64,000 nucleotides of DNA from Eledone cirrhosa (Eukaryota). A program made the translations under genes and the position numbers. The DNA lies in assembly GCA_964016885.1 (NCBI GenBank), contig OZ024742.1:208196001-208260000 (forward strand), read 5' to 3'. A model generated the notes under the pieces. It had not been told where the DNA came from and made no database searches. It saw only the letters and a program-made list of their open reading frames with translations. How positions within the stretch are numbered: position 1 is the first letter of the stretch; every line of letters begins with the position of its first letter. Positions 21,783 through 35,648 of this stretch are shown here, piece after piece.

Positions 21783-24770
21783 GTCAGGTCTCCGCCTGCT
21801 ACTAGTACCATGTAGCCAAGAACAGCCTGTTGCATGGTCGGGTGGTCGGTGACTAAACTGATTCCCACACCAGACATTGGTCTGTCATGGAGGATATGTG
21901 GAAACCCAGCAGCACAAAACCAAGAACTGCCAAAGGGCAGATCAACTCCACTGCGTCAACGGCCATCTACGCTAACTATTGATTGAATAGCCTCACCAAC
22001 CTGCAATTGGCCAAGCGTGGTAACTACAACCACACCCCTTGTAGACGTTAAACTACATGAAAATAACACATGTGATTATCGTAAATGTCCTGCTATCTTG
22101 TCTTGGCTTCTCAGTGGACACATAGCTGAGGGGAGAGAGTGGGTGCTATGTGTGTCACGCAAACACGTAGCATTGCCATCTTTATGTGCAGATATTTCTT
22201 TATAAAGGTTATGGTGATGGAGGAGTGGCAACATTTGCACACTCGACCCGTCGAAACATATGGGCGGCTCGAGTCTTATTCTAACGTCACTGCACTGTTA
22301 ACCAGGACAGCAATATGTTCCAGTAGAGACTTGAGATTCTGAGCATCCCTTGTTGGGGATGCACTGGTCACTCATACCAAATAGAAAGGGTCTTGAAAAG
22401 GTGATACAAACAAAGCCTTTTCAGTAAGACAACTCACCAGCAGCCTGTGGTTGGTTGTGGCTCATTATAGCAGGGCATAATAAGAGATACTATAACAAAA
22501 ATGTACAGAATGAATGTCGGTATTTGGAACATAAAGACACTTCTTGACAGCAGGATGTTCGATAATCCTGAACGTCGAACTGGTTTGATAGAAAAGGAAT
22601 TGGTGCGGTATGGTATTGATACATGACTGATTGGTGAGGATCATTTAACAGAATCCGTATTGGGTTATATCTTTTTTCTGGAAGGGCAAGCCTGGTCGAG
22701 AGACACGTTAGCAAGGTGTAGGTTTTGCCACTCGCACTGAGCTAACCAGCAATCTGGAGCAATCCTACGATGATAGAGACTGAATCATCGACCTTACTGC
22801 ACAACTGTTCTTTGACTATATTTTCCGTTTAGGCTCCGACTCTCTCCGGTACATAATGGCATTATATCAAGATCTTCGATCTGCCATTGCCAAACTCCCA
22901 AAAGTAGATACGATTCTTCTTTTTGATGATTTTAACGCCAGGATTCATAGGGATCACGTGACTTGTGAAGTTTTGGGGAAGTACGGTCTTGGAAGCATGA
23001 ATGGGAATCGACTGCACTTTCTTCAGCTGTGCATTGAATTTGAACCAATTATTTGCAACTCCTTTCCCACCAGATATATGTTCATAAGTTTACTTGGATT
23101 CACACAAGATCAAAATATATGCATATTCTGTCGTAAACGAGATCTTCGGATGTGTGCACTGTCCAGGATATGCGTCGTGCTGTGTGTGCGACATACTATG
23201 CTCTAGTATGTGGCAAGAAGGAATTTGGCATCAAACGTAAAATAAGATCTAATGGGACAAGGCGTAGATATGTCGAGATTGCAGGACCCCAGTGTCCGTA
23301 AGGAGCTGAGGAGGGCTTTAGAAGAAACAGAATTTGACGGCACATGTGATCGGTTTAAGACGGCAGTTTACAACTCTAGTGTTGGAATTGTAGGTTTTAT
23401 TGGTAAGAAACAGATCAAGAACTATTGAAAGCAAAAAATGATGCTCATCAAAAGTTCTTTAGATTGCTTCAGATAAAAATCGTCTGCCTTGCTTCAGTCC
23501 TTCAAGAATGCAAAATCTTTTCTCCAGTGCGGAATCCGATTGATTTATGTTATTTGGTCGAGTAGTCCCGTTCCTCAAGTCAGGATTGGTCCTGGTATTC
23601 TTGTTCAAGGGAAAAAGGAAAATTCGGTGTGTAACAACTATCGGGGAATATGCTTAACTAAGGCAGTGGGTAAAACATTTGCAAATCTTCTCCTAAATAG
23701 TTGATTTGCCCTCGAGTGATTCCGGAGAGGCAATGTGTCTTTAGGTTGGGCAGGGGCACAATGGACATGATATTCTCGGCTCGACAGATGCTGGAGATTT
23801 ATTCAGAAGACTGCGTGTCTTTGCTACCATATTTTATGTTGACCTCATCAACACTTTTGGCTCGCTGAATAGGGATACCCTGTGGACCATTCTTGGTAAG
23901 GTGGGATGCCGTCCGGATTTCCTGAGATTATTCAAACGGCTACATGACAGTATGAAAGGGGGTGGTAACTTCAATGGTTCTCTGTTTGAAACCATATGCA
24001 TCGACAATGGGAATAACCAAAGGGACATTCCAGCACAACTCTGTTCTCTATGTTCTTTGCCGTGACGTTTGCCCTTCAGAATTGCGATGTCGGCGTGTGT
24101 CTTCATTTCAGAAACTACCTGCTTTGAGCAAGGCACTTAAGGCGGATGGCAGATGAAAGGGTACGTTAGCGGATTTGATATGGACAGTTAATTCTTGATA
24201 AACGCTCCAGACACGAACACCAGAAACGTTGCAGGGTTGTTGTCAAAGGCAACCTGATGGCACTAGGTATAAGTGTTGAGGATTGGGAAAACGAGGCAAA
24301 GTGTAAATCTTGGAGAAGTCTGCATCATGATGGTTGTGATCGTTTTGAGGTAAAAAGAATGGAGCATTCGGTGTTTAAAGGAGCACGCAGTAAAGGTGAT
24401 TTAGGCTGAGTCCCAGAGGATATCTGGTCGGAGCAGGTCTGTAGCATCTGTGGAAAGGTTGTTCTTTCTGGGAACCGGGTTTAATAGTCATTTAAGTAGT
24501 CACAACAATCACCAGTCTGGGACCGATTATGTTGTGCTACATGCAAGGCTTGCGGGGGCATTTCTGTCAGTTTTGCAACAAAGCTTGAAGGCTTTCTGCT
24601 GAACCCCAGCAGTACATGAGAGTGCATAAGGAGTTACCCTTAAGACTGTCTGGGAGATCATCTGTAAAATATTATGAAAGAGCGAGGCGAGTTTGCGGAG
24701 TTATTTGCGAGTTCATGGCAGTTCAGCACAATTTTGAAGAGATGGCCCTCTTCTGTAAAGAAGTGGCAAT
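21783..24770 (+). mobile_element. Old, heavily degraded RTE-clade LINE
   Basis: Remnants NPERRTG, GYIF, DDFNARI, CNNYRGICL..AVGKTFA and FRLGRGTMDMIFSARQ, preceded by a 5'UTR. Confidence 0.8.
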
Positions 24771-24808
24771 TATTATATATATACATATATATATATATAT
24801 AATATATA

Positions 24809-25156
<348 letters not shown>

Positions 25157-25231
25157 TATATATATATTAATATATATATATATATATATACAATATTAAA
25201 TAAATGGAAACTATATTTATAAAACCATATT

Positions 25232-25297
25232 TATTTCATTATATATATTTCGGGGATATCATATTAACAATATGCTATGCCTTCCTCAGACAAAATA
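25232..25297 (-). ncRNA. Type I hammerhead ribozyme motif (CUGAGGA core)
   Basis: Minus strand reads TATTTTGT-CTGAGGA-AGGCATAGCATATT GTT AATATGATATCCCC-GAAA-TATAT-ATA-ATGAAATA. Confidence 0.62.
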
Positions 25298-25376
25298 CAA
25301 TATAAACAGTTTTATAGATAAATAGATTCGACATACCGTTATAACACCGACTTCCATTTGAAGAGGTTTAAACTGG

Positions 25377-25431
<55 letters not shown>

Positions 25432-25495
25432 TATATATATATATATATATATTAATATATATATATATATTAATATATATATATATATATATATA

Positions 25496-25611
<116 letters not shown>

Positions 25612-25980
25612 AAGTTATATTTAAAATTGTTGGGTTACAACTAGTAAATATTTATAACTGATATAAAAGCACTTGACAAATATTTGGAGTATATTTACAA
25701 TATTAAATAAATGGAAAACTATATTTATAAAACCATATTTATTTCATTATATATATTTCGGGGATATCATATTAACAATATGCATTTCTTCTTTTTCTTT
25801 TTTCTTCTTTTTCTTTTTCTACCTTCTCTTCGTTCTGTCTTTCTTTCTTTCTTTTTTTCCCTCTTTTCTTTCTCTCTTTCTTTCTCTCTGTATTTTCACT
25901 GCTAGCGTAAACCTCTCCAAATGAAGTTGAAGTTTATTACGGTATGTCGAATATAATTATCTATAAAACTGTTTATATTG

Positions 25981-26046
25981 TATTTTGTCTGATGAAGGCA
26001 TAGCATATTGTTAATATGATATCCCCGAAATATATATAATGAAATA
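25981..26046 (+). ncRNA. Type I hammerhead ribozyme motif (CUGAUGA core)
   Basis: 8-bp stem I TATTTTGT/ATGAAATA (two G-U pairs), long imperfect stem II, GAAA, palindromic AT stem III, AUA cleavage triplet. Confidence 0.65.
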
Positions 26047-26150
26047 AATATGGTTTTATAAATATAGTTTTCCATTTATTTAATATTGTATATATATATA
26101 TATATATATTAATATATATGTATATATATATATATATTAATATATATATA

Positions 26151-26246
<96 letters not shown>

Positions 26247-26565
26247 TATATATATTAATATATTTATATATATATATATATATATATTAATATATTTATA
26301 TATATATATTAATATATTTATATATATATATTAATATATATATATATATATTTCAACCGTTGACGTTGTCTTTTTTCCGGGTATGTCAATATTTATTTAT
26401 AAAACAAATCTCTATTTTATCTGATTTAAGAGCACCATAATTTACCTTGGCCGCCCTTGGAATATATATTTTTAAAAATATATATATATAATAAAATAAT
26501 TATGGTTTTATCAATATAGTTTACATTTATTAATATATTTTATATATTAATATATATATATATTA

Positions 26566-27250
26566 ATTTGTATCTACCGTTCCATCCGTAGATTTTATGG
26601 GCTTTACCAGGGTAGAATTCTATCGCCTATTATCTGACATAATTTATTATGTGCCTTCTCTCATAGCTGTGATTTATAATGAGTTCGGTCTCTCTTCCTT
26701 GAGCTCCCTTGATCATAGGGGACCTATTGTGAATTTCTAACTTCATATAATAATTTGACGTATTTGGGCTCCTAATTTATTAATTAATACAGTTGAATCT
26801 TTGTGGCTATGGACTGCAATTTTTAGCGACCTAATACTGTTTTCAAGCTGCCCTGGGCTAACCCGTATGCACTTCCTGTTCGTTGGAACTATGTGCTTCT
26901 GGTGATTACTTATATTATCTCGCTCTTCCTTTAGTATGTGAGGTTCATAAGAAGCAGGTACAGTTGTTGAAAACCTCCTGCGAGTATTATGATTCTTCGC
27001 ATTTTTCATAGCAATACATAAAATATATATGTATATATATATGTATGTGTTGTATATATTATGCCAATATATGTGTGTTTATATATATAGCGTATATCTT
27101 ATGTCCAGGTGTATATCGTTATAGTGGAGCTATGTGTATTTTGATTATTAATTTGTATTTACCGTTCCATCTGTAGTTTTTATAAGCTTTACCAGGGTAG
27201 AATTCTATCCCCTATTATCCGACCTAATTTATTGTTATGTGCCTTCCCTC
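26566..27250. repeat. ~95-bp direct repeat pair (26566-26662 and 27151-27250)
   Basis: TACCGTTCCATC...TTTACCAGGGTAGAATTCTATC occurs twice. Confidence 0.8.
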
Positions 27251-27259
27251 GTTGCTTTG

Positions 27260-27442
<183 letters not shown>

Positions 27443-27444
27443 TG

Positions 27445-27476
<32 letters not shown>

Positions 27477-28256
27477 AAACTGAAGTTGTCTGTGTGTGTG
27501 TGTGTCCTAATTTTGGCAAAGCCTATACTAATCCACATTTCTAGTTCCATTTATATATTCCTTGTGGTCTAAAGATATTAACTGCAGCTTTTATTTCTCA
27601 ATTTTCTGTCGTGAAAGGCGTTTTTTCACTAACATTTTAAGCCCTTTTTGTCAGTTAGTTCGGAAATGTTGTCTACAATGTTCAACAGAGACACCACTTT
27701 AGTATTTTGAAAGAGTTACCTCTCTTTATAGACTATATTAGCCCTACTTAATAGTACATCCCTTGAAATTGTTGATGGTCACCCCAATAGTAACTCCGAA
27801 GCGTTCGGCATCCGATATAACAGTTCGGTCTATATCAGATTGGGTGGATTTTTGTAACCTTAAAAGTATCCAACTAAATTCCTTCATGCTCTCCACCACT
27901 GCAGTCCCACATAGTTACTGCTCTGTAACTGTTGCTGTCATTGTACCATAGCACATGTTCGGTTTGTCGAATGTCTTTTTACTTAACCCTATCGTGTTGG
28001 CTTTCGTGGGTTGAACATTTTACTCTCGGGCACCCAATTAAGTTCAACCCCTGGTAATCTACGACGAGTTTTTTTTATAAGCACAAAATGTAGACACCAA
28101 CCCCAGGCTGAGGTATTCCGTACTTCTCTGTACTGTTTCAGAAAGGAGGGATAAACATGCCAATCTATGTTTAGAAGCCCGAGTAATGCCGGGCCATTCT
28201 GCTACTATATGTATATATTTATATGTGTTTGTTTGTGTCTGCGTATGTTTATCTGT

Positions 28257-28303
<47 letters not shown>

Positions 28304-28742
28304 TATATGTGAGTGTGTATGTGTGTGTGTGTAAAGGTTGCGCGATAGTAAAATTGTTCAATGTCCACTGATATCTACGATTAATCAATTTTCTTCCTCT
28401 CGCATTATCAACTCATTTCTATTCTTATAACGCAGTGTTCTTTGAATTTGTTCTTATCTCTCCGGAGTTCCTTACTTGTCGAAGAAATTTGACGAATTCA
28501 CAACATTATCTACAACACAACCTACTTCCGCCATGTTTTACCTTTTCTTTCGTAACGCTGGAATCGACATGGTTACAAGGCGTAAACTTATTGAAAATAT
28601 CTTCATAACGCTTCATACGTATGCATGTATCTATGCGTATGAGCATGAGTTTACACGTATATATATATACACGTGTAAACTCATACTCACATGCATACAT
28701 ACATACATACACACACGCACATATATATATATATATATACAC

Positions 28743-29060
28743 TCAAATGCGAGCGACAAAAGACCAGACGGTATGACTATGTTCCCGTTCCGCGGTGCCA
28801 AAACCGTCGACTGGGATGCCACTTGCAGCGACACTTTCTCCAGTCGCAACCTGGTGCAGTCTGCACGCCGGGCTGAGGAGGCCAAACTCTCAAAGTACCG
28901 GTCGTTCTCTGACAGGTTCGTGGTCGTGCCCTTGTAAGTGGAGACTTCTGGTCTGCTTGGCCCTATGGCTACCTCCCTATTCACCACCATCTTCCTTACC
29001 ATCCGCCGGGGCTGTGGGGAGGCCAGCACGTGGGACACCATTTGCTTACCATACGGATTA
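28743..29060 (+). mobile_element. CRE-clade-like RLE endonuclease 3' fragment
   Basis: DKRPDGMTMFPFRGAKTVDWDATCSDTF...AEEAKLSKY...VPL*VETSG matches the RPDG..WD.T..K..KY pattern of CRE-type elements. Confidence 0.72.
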
Positions 29061-29449
29061 ATAGGCAAAGTTATAAAGTATTGTACATAAAATAACTTAA
29101 ATAATAGAGTTTAGGGAATAGAACTTGGTAGCGGTAACTGATCACTTTCTTCTGTCCATAGGTAGAGTTTAGCGAAGTACCTAAGCTATTATTTATTTGT
29201 ATGTATGTATGTACATATATGTATTCTGTATGTATAGTGTATGTACATGTATATGTATATGTATTTGTACATATATGTGTTCTGTATGTACATGTATGTA
29301 TATATACATATACATATACTATACATATATGTACATACATACCAATGTGTCCGTGTATATTTATATATATATATGTGTGTACATATATATATAAGTATAT
29401 TTATATATATATATATGTGTACATATATATATAAAATATATATACATAT

Positions 29450-30202
29450 ATATAAGTATGTACACGTACATACATATATGTATACAGACGTACAGTATTA
29501 TGTATATATATATACATACATGCACACATATATATATGTACGTATGAATTTACCGAACATTTATTATAATGCTCGGTGTGTTTGTAAACAAACATCACGA
29601 ATTAAGCCGTACAGTGTTTAGCAACCATCGTTGCCCTTTTGTTCAACACTGACAAAGGAACGATGTACTAGTCTCAAGCTTATTAGCTATCGTATACCTT
29701 CCGTATACCTTCCTGTCAGCTTATTGAACGTCTGAAAGTATATACTTTCCTTATGCATATTAAAGGCTGAGCAGCCCAATTTGCATATCGAGTGAGTTAA
29801 TGGGCCGGGCGTACTAAGAGTGCGAAATGAAATTTCGTTTCATTGTTTACGTTTATCGTTTTCGGTGCGCCCGGCCGATTAACTCATTCGATATGCAAAT
29901 TAGGCTGCTCAGCTGTTAATATGCATAAGGAAAGTATATACTTTCTGACCTTCAATCATCTGGCAGGTTCGTATACGATGCTCACGATAGCTAATAAGCT
30001 TGAAACTAATACGATGGTTGCTAAACACTGTACGGTTTAATTCGGGATGTCTGTTTACAAACACACCGAGCATTATAATAAATGTTCGGTAAATCCATAC
30101 ATACATATATATATATATATATATGTGTGCATGTATGTATATATATATACATACAACTGTACGTCTGTATACATATATGTATGTACGTGTACATACTTAT
30201 AT
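29450..30202. repeat. Large imperfect palindrome (arms ~340-365 bp)
   Basis: TTTACCGAACATTTATTATAATGCTCGGTGTGTTTGTAAAC (~29549) recurs reversed at ~30053-30093. The flanking microsatellite is mirrored too. Confidence 0.9.
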
Positions 30203-30330
30203 TTAAGTAACGGCCGTACTAAGTGTGAGAAATGAAATTTCGTTTCATTTTTCCGTCTATATATATATATATACACACACACACATAGATACATTATTAT
30301 GTATATACATATATGTATGTGTATGCATAC

Positions 30331-30427
<97 letters not shown>

Positions 30428-32278
30428 GTACTTGTCTGAGTGCGTGTGTGTAAGTACACATCACGTTCACACAAGCAAATACATTGCTCGTTTATCATAT
30501 TTATTTTCTTTTCATTTCCTTTATTTTTATTTCATTTGTGTTTTTATTTCGTTTTTGTTTTCTCTTTTCGTATCCGGGAACAAGAATAATCTCGGTAACA
30601 TTTCTTAGAGCATCGCTTTATATAACCGTCATCCATATCTATGATCGGCGTAGCATACATATTTATTTTCTACCTATCAGCCTGCTAACTTGCAGCTTTC
30701 TTTGTTTATCAGACTCAATATATTCGTTCGTGTGTCCAGTTCTATTCTGTTTCTTCGATGCTTTCGAAAAAGACAGAAATAGAAAGGAATGACAAAAGAA
30801 AGAAAATACGTCGGAAGAGATGAAGACACGAAAAACCTGATGCTAGGAGAGAAGTTATTGTAGAGAACAGCGAATGACATTAATGCTGTTAAATAAAACA
30901 TTTACAGAAGGATTATTTATATGTGTGATGTCGGCAACGATGTTTTAGTGTTTATACGGGTTTTCGTAAAGCTGCCAAGAGTATTTGATATATTTGTGTT
31001 TTTATTGGAATCTTTGAGATTATTGCCAAAATATTCGACCTGTTTGATACATTCAGCTTGTTTCTGGCTTTATTTAATCCGAATTCACATGTTAAATATC
31101 TGTGTTATTTCATATTGCACTCTGCCCTCGTCCTCTCACTTGTCTGTTTTATAGCCGGTATTATTGCTCTTGTCGTTTTTATTGTGGATGTTGTCATCAC
31201 TGTCGTCGTTGTTGAATGCTGTTACTCGAAATCAGAAGGATATTATACAACACGGCGTCGCAGCTTAAAGACAGTACAGCGCCGCACATACATCCAATAT
31301 CCTCTAAGCAGCTAGTTGTAGGTCAAGGTCAATTGAAGGTTAAGGCGATTCGACCCTTCATCTAAGTCTTCAATTCTTCTATTTGATAATCAAGCGTTGG
31401 GTGACATGACTGTTCCATTTGCCTATCTTTTGCAAACACTCCGCTTTACTTAGATCTTTATTGCCTCTGGAGAAATCATAGCATTAAAACCGCCTTTTTT
31501 TTTCATTTTACTAATCTTGATATTTCATACCAAAGCGAGTAACAAACAACATGAGAAGTTTCGATATAGCGATATCAATTTAGAATCTTACTTGGAAATG
31601 TTTATTCTTAGTTCGTTATTACTGCGGCGAAGCTTCATAGACGTTGTTTTTCACGTTTATTAAAAAAATCCTATTGATCGTATCAATTCATGAATGCAGC
31701 AAAAAGAACGAGTCACCGAAGGTGTCTCTTGGTAGTTGTTCGGCATGGTGGAACAATAAAATCACTTTCAAATGAAACCTTATTTTCTAAATAAAAGGAC
31801 GTATTGGTTATTGAATTCCTAAATAAATAATGCCAGAAGTAAAGTGAGACGCCACGGTTTGGAATTTTCTTCAAACGATAAAGACTTGATACATTTATGA
31901 ATCACATCCTGTCGCTTTACGGACTACAAAAGCAGCAGCGGCAGCAATTGTAGCAGCAGGAATATATCTCTATATTACTAAAAGTCTGTGATTGCTTGCT
32001 TGCTTGTCTGCAATGCAATACAGCCCAAAGGGCGCTTAATGGGAAAATACTTTGAAAAGAAGTTGACCCTGAAATGGAAATACAAATGGAATAAAACAAG
32101 TTTGGCGTAAATCGAAGCCCGGATTCCCCAGATATGAGGTTTTCTGGTTACCTTCATAAACAGAGAAAGAGAAGGATAGATAAAAAGAGATAGTGGTTGC
32201 GAGAGAGTAGATTGAAAGAGACACATAGAGAGATGGAGAGTAGACAGAGAAAGAGAATGGAAGAGAGAGAGCTGTGTG

Positions 32279-32362
<84 letters not shown>

Positions 32363-33230
32363 AGTAACAGCCGTACTAAGAGTGAGAAATGAAATTTCGT
32401 TTCATTTTTTCCGTTTATATATATATATATATTATCCAATACGTCCTCACATGATCATATTTAAATATTTTAGGATTTGAATTATGGTATTTGGTTTTCG
32501 AATAACTGAATAGATGCGCTCTCGTTAAAGCGTCCTCACTGATGGTTGAGCATGAAGATGAAAAGTTGGATTTATTCCATTGATCATTTCATAAATCATG
32601 TCTGTAACAGAACTTTTCAAAATGATTCTAACAGGAAATCTTAGTTATACACAATATACTTAACAGGGTGGAATATATAATTTTTCTCTGATAACAGAAA
32701 TAAAATGTGTTTGATGATAAGATAGTTATGTATAGGATAGTAACAGGAATTATTTTTCCGTCGCGACGTTTCGCCAGTTCTTACATAATACAAAAAACTG
32801 GACTGTAATTTCAGAACATTCTGACTGGTTCAGTATAACAAGAAGCCATCGATCGGCATTTATTGTTGATGTAGCTGCTTCTGTTATGTCTGTCCATTGT
32901 TGTTGTTGATGATGTTGTTGTTATTGTTATTGTTATTGTTAGTGGTCTTGTTATTTGTGTTATTGAAGCTTCTATTGTCGAGGGTCAGAAGATGAAACGT
33001 TGAGGTTGTTTGCGTTATTTTTGTAGACGATGTTATTAATGTCGTTTGGCATGAGAAGCGAGCAATCACTACAGCTACAACAACCAAAATAAGGCAATCA
33101 GCAGCAGCAGCACCACCCCCACCACCACCACCATCGCCATCACCACCACCACATCCACATCATCATCAAAGCCAAGAAAAAGATAACAACAGTAATAGTG
33201 TACATTATCTCAGTAATGAAACAACGAAGG

Positions 33231-33273
<43 letters not shown>

Positions 33274-33313
33274 TGCTCGCAGTTATCGAGTATGGCCATT
33301 GCACGAGGAGAAA

Positions 33314-33421
<108 letters not shown>

Positions 33422-33459
33422 TAATAAATAAATAAAAAAGAAAATAAAATTAAAAAAAT

Positions 33460-33490
<31 letters not shown>

Positions 33491-34093
33491 ATATACATAC
33501 ATACACACACATATATATACACACGCACATATACATTAATAAAAAAAAAATAATAATAATAACAATAATAATAATAACGACAACAACAACAATAATAATA
33601 TACATATACATACATACATACATACATACATACATACATACATACATACATACATACATACATACATACATGAGAATAAAATCCAATAACTGACTTTATT
33701 AGATTTACTAATTTTAGAAAATATTGCAGTTTCTCAATGGCCGACGTGACTACGGCAAATATATTGAACGGAATCGTCATCTATATCATGATCTAGAAAT
33801 AATACCACCGCTGGCGCAATTGTCCGTCTGTCTGCTACTAACGTCAGCACGCAATACAGCATCAATTACCCCTACAACGGCACCTAGAGCTATCGACGCT
33901 ATCAATATAACGGACACCAATATATAATTTGGCATCATCACTATCATCACCATCAACTTCATTACCATCATCTTCATCATCGCCCTCCTCCACCTCTACC
34001 TCCCCTCCTTCTAATCATCATCATCATCATCATTATCATCATCATCATCATCATCAATATCGACACCATCAGGTTTCACTCCCATGTAGATGA

Positions 34094-34094
<1 letters not shown>

Positions 34095-34173
<79 letters not shown>
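34095..34173. repeat. (CTA)n microsatellite; compound (CAA)(CTA)(TAA) tract at ~34480-34625
   Basis: Direct reading. Confidence 0.95.
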
Positions 34174-34175
<2 letters not shown>

Positions 34176-34521
34176 AAGTAATTTTCAATTTTATACAGAT
34201 GTAAATGTGTGTAGAGGTATGTGCTATGAACGCTACGCTATTATATAAGCGTGTTTATTTGAATAATTACTACAGAGCAGATATGGAAGCAAATATAATT
34301 ATCAACGAGGAAGGCTCTATGTAGTTCCACGACCTGTTAGAAATACATCAGAAAAGTATTTTAAATTCCTCTATATATTCATAGACACAGAAAAAGTGAT
34401 AAATGACCAATGTAACTTTTGTTAAATACTACACATATTCAGTGAAATGTGCATTTACTCAAGTACAACTGGATCGAGGAATACTACTACTGCTATTACA
34501 ACAACAACAACAACAACAACA

Positions 34522-34608
<87 letters not shown>

Positions 34609-35231
34609 ACCACTACTACTACTACTATCATACACATAATCACCGTTATCTTTATTGACTTTATTAACCCGAGATTATAAATACTATGTATTTATATTCC
34701 AGCCAGGAAAGCTGGAGTCAAAATGATTAGATTGATATATATAAAGAGACACGTCAAAAATGACCTCAATGGATGGATACTAGTACACGAATTATATAAC
34801 AACTCTTGCTATTCAGTCAATTTTGTAGCCAAGGAAACCATACGCATGATGAATCGATAATTTTACATATAGAGATAGGAAATCAAGACGAACATGTTAA
34901 TATTGCTGACCTCAGCTCCAGACTGTTCAAGACTGTAGGAGCGATTTGTGTTTTTAGTCATCGCATATATTATTGTTGTTTATAGGTTTTACATGTTTAT
35001 ATACATAAATTCCCACTGTCCCTGTCTATTGCATTGTCCCTGTATGTAGCCCCTCGTGATTATTATTATTATTTTTATTATTATTATTATTATTATTATT
35101 AGTAGTAGTAGTAGTAGTTTTAGTATTAGTATTGGTAGTAGTAGCATTAGTAATACTCGTATTGTTTTTAATATTTTAATATTATCTTGTAATATATACG
35201 TATATATATACATAAACACACATACACACAT

Positions 35232-35269
<38 letters not shown>

Positions 35270-35286
35270 GTGTGCGTGTGTGTGAT

Positions 35287-35317
<31 letters not shown>

Positions 35318-35414
35318 TGGAATAAGAAATTTCTAATTTCTGCCGGACCGGCAACCGCTCTTTCAAACCAGTTCCTGTACACGGCTAAGTATTCTATAAG
35401 TCTCTAGCTGTGTC

Positions 35415-35503
35415 ATTCTCGATAAAAGCACTGGATATGTAGTCCTGATGATTTCTAACAAGAATGAAACGCGTAGATTACTTCCCTTGCTTTTATCGAG
35501 AAT
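35415..35503 (+). ncRNA. Type I hammerhead ribozyme with extended stem I
   Basis: GTAGTC-CTGATGA-TTTCT AACA AGAAT-GAAA-CGC-GTA-GATTAC, plus a perfect 16-bp outer helix ATTCTCGATAAAAGCA/TGCTTTTATCGAGAAT. Confidence 0.85.
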
Positions 35504-35603
35504 CTAATTGTAATACGTGACGTATTCTATTCTATAGCGATTAGGTCTTCAAAATGTTTATTATAAACATACAGAATATTTTCGAATATTCTATGTCTAT
35601 ATT

Positions 35604-35648
<45 letters not shown>

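Noticed and set aside
27560-28000. Possible GIY-YIG remnant on the minus strand
   Set aside because: Only a weak IGVT..FK resemblance, with stops.
32755-32860. CGAAACGTC (minus strand) as a hammerhead half
   Set aside because: No CUGANGA box at a suitable distance.
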